64,000 bases of DNA from positions 22,692,001-22,756,000 of the forward strand of contig NC_043000.1 of NCBI RefSeq assembly GCF_006345805.1. The letters run 5' to 3'. Both the position numbers and the translations under genes were made by a program. The notes beneath the pieces were generated by a model. The model searched no databases. It was not told the origin of the DNA and worked only from the letters and a program-made list of their open reading frames with translations. Below, piece after piece: positions 57,201 through 64,000 of the stretch (positions are counted from its first letter, which is position 1; every line of letters begins with the position of its first letter). The DNA is from Octopus sinensis (lineage: Eukaryota).

Positions 57201-60200
57201 ATATGATTGTATGAAGAACTGTTGACTTTTAAAAGCAATTTAATAAGGGCGCGTGACTTAGTGGTTAGGATATTCGGTTCCTGATCGTAAGGTTGTGAGT
57301 TTGATTCCCGGCGACACGTTGTGTCCTTGAGCAAGACACTTTATTTCACGTCGCTCCAGCCCACTCAGCTGGCAAAAATGAGTAGTACCTGTATTTCAAA
57401 AGGGCCAGTCTTGTCACACTGTGTCACGCTGAATCTCCTTGCAAACTATGTTAAGAGTACATGTGTCTGTGGAGTGCTCAGCCTCTTGCACGTTTATTTC
57501 ATGAGCAGGCTGTTCCGTTGATCGTATTAGCTGGGACCCTCGTCGTAACCGACGGAGTGCTCCTAATAAGGGACAGAACTCATGTCTTGTGCAGTCACTC
57601 CTACACATGTACCAGGTGTCTAGTCCAAATTCTTACAACAAGCCACCAAGCACCAAGTAGTGGAGTTAAACCACTTGGTGTGTGTTTGGGTTTCACTTGA
57701 GAACTGAATTGACTTCAATGTCAGTGGTTCTGGCAGTAATATCTGAAGAGTAATAATATAATATAATGAAATTATTGTATACAGTGCTCAGGTGCACCAC
57801 GACTTGTCAAAAGTGCATATAAAGCATATGCAGTAATTTACAAATGTCTGGGAAGTGAAGACTGTATGAGTCAGGTACATGCTTGCGTGTGTATGGAGGG
57901 GAGAAAATCAGGTGTAGTGTTGGCGAATCTCAGGAAGCATGGAAGTTTTGCAGGATGCAGTGCTCCGATAACTAACAACTGATGCCGGCAGTTTGTTCCA
58001 TGCTTCAGCAACTCTTAGCGTGAAAAATTGTTTCCGAAAGTCATGGGAGCTGTGCTGTTTTTTGACTTTGTAAACATGTCTACGGGTGTTAGACAGATGG
58101 AGTTTGAAAAGGTGCTCAGAGTTATTGTTTGTAAGATGGTTAATAATTTTATGGGTGTCTGCCAAGTCAGCTGCCAGACGTTGGAGTTTCAATGTATCCA
58201 TGCCCATGGAAGTAAGGCGTTCAGAATAAGAAGGATGATGACTTACTAATTTAAGATGAAAGATCTTCAGTAAACCTTGCTTACTAAGGAGAACTTGTCT
58301 CAAGCAATAGCAATAGGTGCAAGGGTTTATTGTGAAAATTGCTGTTCATGTCATCTTCAAAACAGAAGTCCCTTCCTTCTACATCGAATTGCCAGTGCCA
58401 CATGACTGGCTTCCCATGCCGGTAACACGTAAAAAGCACCATCCGAACATGGCTGATGCCAGTGCCGCCTGACTGGCTCCCGTGCCGGTGGCATGTAAAA
58501 AGCACCCACTACACTCTCAGAGTGGTTGCCATGAGGAAGGACATCCAGCTGCAGAAACATTGCCAGATCAGATTGGAGCCTGGTGCAGCCTCCTGGCTTC
58601 CCAGACCCCAGTTGAACCATCCAAACCATGCCAGAATGGAAGCTGGATGTTAAAGCTGATGATGATGATTTTCATGCTGGCATGGATTGGACAGATTGAC
58701 CAGAGCTGGAGAGCTGCACCGGGTTCCATTTATCTATTTTGGCTTGGTTTCTATGGCAGGGTGCCCATCCTAATGCCAACCTCTTCACAGAGTGTACCGA
58801 TTGCCTTTTACATGCTACCAGCAAAAGTGCTTCTTACGTGGCACTGGCTCAGGTGCTTTTCTTCATGGCATCAGGACCAACAGGGTCGCTAAGTAAAACA
58901 AAAGCAAGACAAAAACCCCTTCAGCTGAGAGGGGAGCATTAACCAAGGTGATTTAGGAAATCAATTCTGCTGTGATAGACGTGTCTTCTGCTACATTCTC
59001 AATAGCGATTGTTGATAAAATATATGAATGGTACTTCTAGTTAGGTTGGCTCAGTACAAAAATATTCTGTTCAGCAGCACCATGACCATCTCTGTGGCTA
59101 ATCTATTGCCATCTCATTTATTGGCACATCATCATCATCATCGTTTAAGGTCCGTTTTCCATGCTAGCACGGATTGGACGGTTCGACAGGGGTCTGGGAA
59201 GCCAGGGGGCTGCACCAGGCTCCAGTCTTATCTGGATGCTCTTCCTAATGCCAACCACTCCATGAGTGTAGTGGGTGCTTTTTACGTGCCACCGGCACAG
59301 GTGCCAGGGTAGGCTGGCAATGGCCACGATCGGTTGGTGCTTTTTATGTGCGACCAGCACAGGTATCACAACTACAATTTCCATTTGATATTTATTTTGA
59401 TGTTGGTGTACTCAATAGGTCTCCTCAAGCACAGCAGGTCTCCTCAAGCACATTAATGATTATCATCATCATCATCCTTATTTTAACATCACTTTTTCCA
59501 TGCCTGCATGGGTCAGATGAAATTTGTTTAAGTAGATTTTCTGTAGCTGGATGCCTTTCCTGTCACCAACTCTCACATTTTTCCAAGCAAGGTAATATTT
59601 CCTCAGGGTCATAAATGTTTTTCATGGAAGATTAGAAATGTGCACTGCCTGTATGAGGGTGACATTTGTTTACATCTATCATGCTATGTGAACACACATG
59701 CAACCACACTATCTCTCCTGCTCTCTCTCCAGCCATGCCAGCATAGAATGTTAAATGATGATAATGATGATGATAATCATCATCATTATTGTTTAACATC
59801 CGCTTTCCATGCTAGCATGGGTTGGACGATTTGACTGAGGTCTGGCGAACCAGATGGCTGCACCAGACTCCAATCTGATCTGGCAGAATTTCTACAGCTG
59901 GATGCCCTTCCTAATGCCAACCACTCCAAGAGTGTAGTGGGTTATTTTACGTGCCACCGGCATGAGGGCCAGTCAGGCGGTACTGGCAATGACCACACTC
60001 AAATGGTGCTTTTTATGTGCCACCTGCACAGTAGCCAGTCCAGCAGCACTGGCAACGACCTTGCTCGAATGTTTTTTCACGTGCCAACAGCACAAGTGCT
60101 AGTGGCAGTTTCCATCTACCAAATCCCATCACAAGGCTTTGGTTGGCCTGCTGCTATAGTTGGAGACACTTTTGCTCTAAGTGCCATACAGTAGGACTGA

Positions 60201-60610
60201 ACCCAAAACAACACAGTTGGGAATTGAAGCCCTTAACCACACAACCATGCCTGCACTATTTTTTTGTAACATATTCAGAATCACACAAAAACGAAAAAAA
60301 CCCAAAAAACTCTCTGCTAGATAACTTGGTACTTTCCTTTTTATCCAAGTTGCATGATGTCGATGTGTGTTGATATGCAAGAATGCTTGATCTAATAATG
60401 ATTAATCATTCAATCATTGAACCTCTAGTTATTGATAAAATATTGATTTATTTTCCAGGTTGGAACAATGCCAAAACTGCTGCTGAAATGGAAGAAAGAA
60501 CAAAGGTCGATGCTCTTAAATTTAAAGAAGCTGGTATGGGTCCGATCCAGAAGACCTACGCCTACAACCCCAAGGCCATTTCTGCTAAATCAGCTGATAA
60601 AAGGAAGTGA
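45157..60610 (+). CDS. OXA1L: Mitochondrial inner membrane insertase OXA1L (YidC/Oxa1 family); join(45157..45231, 47812..47985, 49414..49621, 50563..50706, 52168..52253, 53670..53834, 55580..55684, 57025..57184, 60459..60610), 422 aa
   Basis: Eight GT-AG introns with consistent phases (0,0,1,1,0,0,0,1); total 1269 nt. Family motifs LGLASWTPSGLVQ, GLPWWGSIV, Q-MPVFLSVFIGLRGM, GGILWFTDL, LCYWFTSN, FIEGFRESW; Arg-rich, acid-poor presequence-like N-terminus. Confidence 0.95.
45990..46636 (+). pseudogene. Ty3/Gypsy-type pol relic (RNase H end, HHCC zinc finger, integrase core start) in OXA1L intron
   Basis: NKADISTR, HNMHHIG/VDR...CNRC*, WKRLAVDVTH..YLSTVD..LMDN; one frameshift and one stop. Confidence 0.82.
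46686..46888 (+). mobile_element. Family F pLTR-like copy with mutated hammerhead core and short 5' inversion
   Basis: GACAC-CTGATGA (46767-46773)...CAGCC-TAAAT-GTTGTG (GAAAC mutated); inverted TATTTTTCGATATTATT upstream. Confidence 0.7.
46895..47520 (+). pseudogene. Decayed LINE (CR1/L2-like) RT fragment
   Basis: Broken frames FVNIDNL..CACDATLHYS (YADD-like), QWG..NLV, LTVSDDLS, FLFRARKCFS. Confidence 0.55.
47812..47985 (+). CDS. OXA1L: OXA1L coding exon 2
   Basis: Acceptor TTTTGTAG, 58 codons, donor GTAAGC. Confidence 0.8.
48172..48870. mobile_element. SINE B (+, 48172-48385) and SINE C (-, 48525-48870) in OXA1L intron
   Basis: Family-diagnostic blocks. Confidence 0.75.
49030..49318 (-). 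mobile_element. SINE family A
   Basis: Diverged match ending ~95 bp before OXA1L exon 3. Confidence 0.72.
49414..49621 (+). CDS. OXA1L: OXA1L coding exon 3 (DSLTSS...GLPWWGSIVL)
   Basis: Acceptor TTTCCAG, Oxa1 motifs, donor G|GTAAAT. Confidence 0.95.
49985..50245 (+). mobile_element. 3' end of a Tc1/mariner-superfamily element
   Basis: ERLQQCVDNDGKHLADLIFKI* C-terminus and terminal CACCCTG|TA. Confidence 0.6.
50563..50706 (+). CDS. OXA1L: OXA1L coding exon 4 (GTIIVRMCMFP...GNPVE)
   Basis: Acceptor TTTCTTTAG, donor G|GTAAGC, phase 1/1. Confidence 0.95.
51780..53077 (+). mobile_element. SINE C copies flanking OXA1L exon 5 (51780-52100, 52730-53077)
   Basis: Family C bodies with (GAT)n tails. 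Confidence 0.8.
52168..52253 (+). CDS. OXA1L: OXA1L coding exon 5 (ATLAGNELMEYMKRNQVKPFRNFLVPLAQ)
   Basis: Acceptor CCCATTAG, donor CAG|GTATGT. Confidence 0.93.
53670..53834 (+). CDS. OXA1L: OXA1L coding exon 6 (MPVFLSVFIGLRGM...FLATIE)
   Basis: Acceptor TTATTTAG, 55 codons, donor GAG|GTATGA. Absent from the ORF track but translated by hand. Confidence 0.95.
54089..54460 (+). mobile_element. piggyBac-like TTAA MITE (54089-54316) with tandem partial duplicate (54345-54460)
   Basis: TTAACCCTTTCGTTACC ... CGAAAGGGTTAA; same family as 35898. Confidence 0.82.
55580..55684 (+). CDS. OXA1L: OXA1L coding exon 7 (LGVDGVKAG...IISGFPS)
   Basis: Acceptor TTATTGCAG, 35 codons, donor TCG|GTTTGT. Confidence 0.92.
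56344..56870 (-). mobile_element. TTAA MITE interrupted by SINE C (56428-56726)
   Basis: MITE halves join perfectly across the SINE. Confidence 0.82.
57025..57184 (+). CDS. OXA1L: OXA1L coding exon 8 (AMLCYWFTSN...FIEGFRE)
   Basis: Acceptor TTTTTCCAG, donor A|GTGAGT. Confidence 0.95.
57248..57563 (+). mobile_element. SINE family D2 (different tRNA-like head, same 3' tail as D1)
   Basis: A-box TAGTGGTTAGG, B-box-like GAGTTTGATTCCC, TGTGTCCTTGAGCAAGACACTT core; TSD TAATAAGG. Confidence 0.85.
57752..58250 (-). pseudogene. 5'-truncated CR1/L2-type LINE 3' end
   Basis: YSERLTSMGMDTLKLQRLAADL..TRRHVYKV..FRKQFFTLRVAEAWNKLP..VV is the typical ORF2 C-terminus; (TTATA)n tail. Confidence 0.85.
58385..60256. 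mobile_element. SINE cluster in last OXA1L intron: C+ 58385-58668, C- 58669-58860, C- 59128-59450, C- 59775-60105, A- 60105-60256
   Basis: Family-diagnostic blocks in both orientations. Confidence 0.8.
60459..60610 (+). CDS. OXA1L: OXA1L terminal coding exon (SWNNAKTAAEMEER...ADKRK*)
   Basis: Acceptor TTTTCCAG, phase-1 join, basic C-tail with GPIQKTYAYNP, TGA at 60608-60610. Confidence 0.92.
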
Positions 60611-61289
60611 AATGAGTTTTTGTTAGTCGACTGGAATTGAAGGCCTTCATCCATTTTTGTACATAGTGAGATACTGTTTGTTAGTTGGTGGAAGAACTTC
60701 AAGATATTCATAAATGTTCCATATTTCAATGAAAAATGTCTTGTTTTATTTAATTATTTATTTATTTATTTCTGTGTTTAACCCTTTTGTTACAGTATTT
60801 CTGTTGAAATACACAACTTTTGTGGCACCCATCATCAAGTTGGGTATTGATGTAGATGGTAAACCCCTTCAATGTAGCTGCCTATATAAGCTCATCTCTC
60901 ACCGCCACAGTACACACTATTCCTGCAACCAAAGGGAGAGCTCTATATTGTTGTTTGACCTACTAGAAATGACAGCAAAATCTCCTTCAGTCTCACATTT
61001 CCAGCTACACAATTACTGCAACTCTACTGAACCACCCAAAAACCTGGCTTCAAAATAGAAGGGGCTGAAGGGGCCATGTAGCTGCCATCAAATGCAAGAA
61101 CTCTTTTCTTGCTAGCAACACCAGAGAACATCAAATATAACCAATCATTGACAACAAAAATATACCACACAAGTAACAAGCAAAAAGAGAAAAGATTATG
61201 TGGCCACTAATGGTTGCTAGAAGTAGCCACCAAATTACTGTCTTTGATAAAGAAGGATACACGGAGGCAAAATGGTTGTGATCTTTTTG

Positions 61290-61590
61290 AGTGGTGGGCC
61301 TCATGGAGGCAATGACCGAGATTTTTGGTATTATTTTGTGCTTGAGAAGACCCGTCAAGCCGAGCAAATTCACAGTTGTGGTAGATACTGGTGTCACACA
61401 AATTGGCACCTGTGCTGGTGGCACGTAAAAGTACCTATTACACTCTCTGAGTGGTTGGTGTTAGGAAGGGCATCCAACCGTTGAAAACCATGCCAAATCA
61501 GACGAGTCTGGTACTGCCTTCCAGTGTGCCAGTCTGGTCAAACTGTCCAACCCATGCCAGCATGGACAACGGACATTAAATGATGATTAT
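61290..61590 (+). mobile_element. SINE family C
   Basis: Family C body and tail. Confidence 0.75.
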
Positions 61591-61816
61591 GATACATTGA
61601 ACAGTATAATCTTAGATAGGATGGCCACAACTAGCATATTTTTGATCATACATTTAAGGCTGACTTTGATTGAAAATCCGCAACAACAGATCCACAGATA
61701 TAAAGTAGACAATAGAGAGAGCACAACATGTCCAGACTCACTCGCTCTACTCCATACAATTACTCATTGCATGTTGGAATGTGCATTGCTTTTGAACTGG
61801 ATGGAGATATTAAATA

Positions 61817-62352
61817 CGAGGGTGAGTCAAGAAGTAATGCCATTGTGTTTAGAACAGGTATAATGACCAACACAGGAACATGTATCATACATCAAAATGA
61901 AGCTGATCCTCTGTGGATCATATCCCTACTTCTCAACATAGTCACCGTTTCACTCAATAGCAATGTTCCACCTTTGAATTAGAACATATATCCCTGCCCC
62001 ATAAAATTTTGTTGACTGTTCTTCACTACAGTTTTCACTTCCTCACAACTGGATTATCATCTCTTCGGTCCCATGAAAGAGGGTTTGAGAAGCAAACATT
62101 ATTCCAGTGACGATTAAGTGAAAACTAGTGAAGAAGTGGCTCAAAGAACAGTCAACAGAATTTTACGGGGCAGCAGTACATGCTCTCATTCAAAGGTGAA
62201 ACATTGCTATTGAGAGAGAAACGGTGACTATGTTGAGAAGTAGGGATGTGATCCACAGAGGACCAGCTTCATTTTGATGTATGATACATGTTCCTGTGTT
62301 GGTCATTATACCTGTTCTAAACACAATGGCATTATTTTTTGACTCACCCTCG
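61817..62352 (+). mobile_element. Mariner derivative with ~220-bp inverted 3' ends
   Basis: TA|CGAGGGTGAGTCAA ... TTGACTCACCCTCG|TA; internal DYHLFGPMKEGL...GDYVEK* relic. Confidence 0.9.
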
Positions 62353-62619
62353 TATCTAGGTTCATTGCTCTGTAGTTTGCCTTGTCATTCAACAAACTGC
62401 CTGCATTCAATATATCTGTTTTATCAGAGGTGATTCTGAGCTAAACAACAATGTTGATGGCCATTTTCTGAGGGATGATGGGCTCAACGCAGTACCTAGT
62501 TTCCCCACCACTGCTACTAGTATCAATACATAACCTCTGGGTGTCTTTAGCAGAGTTAAGAGAACTGCAAGACCTCACATTAGGTGTACTCTTCCACTTT
62601 CAGAATCTTCGGTAAACAT

Positions 62620-63335
62620 CATCAACATCATTGTTTAACGTCTGCTTTCCATGCTAGCATGAGTTGGACAATTTGACTGAGGTCTGGCGAACCAGATGGC
62701 TGCACCAGGCTCCAGTCTGATCTGGCAGAGTTTCTACAGCTGGATGCCCTTCCCAACGCCAACCATTCCGAGAGTTTAGTGAGTGCTTCTATGTGCCACC
62801 AGCACAAAGGCCAGTCAGGCAGTACTGGCAATGGCCATGCTCAAATGGTGCTGTTTATGTGCCACCTGCACAGGAGCCAGTCCAGCAGCACTGGCAACGA
62901 TTTTGCTCAAATGTTTTTTTCATGTGCTGCCAGCACAAGTGCCAGTAAGGCGACAGGTAATAATCATGCTCGAATGGTGCTTTTTATGTGCCACCAGCAC
63001 AGAAGCCAGTTTATTGCCCTGGCAACGATCACACTTGGATGGTACTCTTAGCACTCCACTCACACGGATGCCAGTCATCGAATTTGATTTATGAAATTAA
63101 ATCAGGCACAACTGACATGCAATCTACTGGATAATTCTTGCTCTGATTAACAGCCTTCCCATGCTGGTGCCAGATGAAAAGCACCCTGTACACTCTGTAG
63201 AGTGGTTGGCATTAGGAAGGTCATCCAGCTGTAGAAACCAAACCAAAACAGAAGACTAGAGCCTGGTGCAGCCCTCCAGCTTGCCAGTTCCTTTCAAACT
63301 GTCCAACCCATGCCAGCATGGAAAACGGATGTTAA
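62620..63335. mobile_element. SINE C copies (- 62620-63090; + 63160-63335)
   Basis: Family-diagnostic blocks. Confidence 0.8.
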
Positions 63336-63339
63336 ATAC

Positions 63340-63860
63340 TGTTCTATATTTTAGAGATGAGGAATTATTTACATTATTTACGTTGGATGGATGTGTCCTC
63401 ATCTTGTATGTTGTTACCACAACATTTTGGCTGATGTAGTCACCAGCCTTCATCAGGTGACCTAGTGGAATTTTGAACCCCACCCTTTATTTGACTAATG
63501 GAGTACTCTGTTCTCATTCCTAAGATATTTTTTGATCAGATATGAGTAGAATATAGGAACAGGTATTAAGGAAAGATACAAAAATAATAGGTTTATAAGC
63601 CCTAAAATTCACTCCATAATTGCCCATGGGCATACAGCATAGTGGTTAAGAGTGAAGGCTACTAACCGAAAGATTCTGGGTTCAATCGAATGTATTTGTA
63701 CTGAAAATCAAGATCGAGCGAGCTTTTGCTCGACGTGTGGTTATAATAATAACATCAGCAAAAAATTCCTTAGGAATGAGAATAGAGTACCCCATTAGTC
63801 AAATAAAGGACACCTGATGGTGTGGTAACAACAAACTATCCATCCAATGTAAATAACTGA
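63340..63860. mobile_element. Family F composite: inverted pLTR (-, 63340-63535), tRNA-like region (+, 63628-63690), deleted pLTR (+, 63750-63860)
   Basis: Minus CTGATGA at 63456-63450 with mutated GAAAC; A-box CAGCATAGTGG (63635-63645), B-box GGGTTCAATC (63678-63687). Confidence 0.68.
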
Positions 63861-64000
63861 TGTTAAATGATGATGATCACCTACTAAGACATAAGCTACA
63901 CATCCTATTCCTCTCCTTTATCCCTGCTGTCAAAGCTATACTCTATATTCTAATTTCACTCTGATATGTATCTACACCAATGTTGATCTGCTCTTTCTTC

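Noticed and set aside
176-63483. Most ORFs in the six-frame track (e.g. 26399-27120, 8023-8524, 19394-20140, the many YIYIYI and MPVPPDW ORFs)
   Set aside because: They are translations of SINEs, microsatellites or tandem arrays; no protein-family signal and no splice context.

Overview
AT-rich animal genomic DNA, most likely an octopus (coleoid cephalopod); this is inferred from repeat content and protein similarity, not from a search. Two spliced protein-coding genes can be rebuilt with consistent splice phases and sit head-to-head. One is an SLC7A6OS/Iwr1-family gene (- strand, 4 coding exons, 43259->35149, 321 aa). The other is the mitochondrial insertase OXA1L (+ strand, 9 coding exons, 45157->60610, 422 aa). 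A third minus-strand transcription unit may start near 20450. Most other sequence is transposon-derived: more than 50 copies of four SINE-like families (my labels A-D), Tc1/mariner, pogo/Tigger, hAT, piggyBac-like and MULE-like MITEs, a solo LTR, and decayed LINE, CRE-type and Gypsy coding relics. The most notable signals: (1) fold-back retro-inserts of Penelope pseudo-LTR type, two families of which carry minimal type-I hammerhead ribozyme cores, one downstream of a tRNA-like Pol III promoter; (2) a compact H-type pseudoknot module repeated inside SINE family C; (3) a mariner derivative built from two 3' ends; (4) a MULE-like MITE at the SLC7A6OS promoter; (5) SLC7A6OS-OXA1L linkage echoing human paralogon neighbourhoods. 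Exon, TIR and TSD coordinates were counted by hand; SINE boundaries are approximate (+/- ~15 bp).
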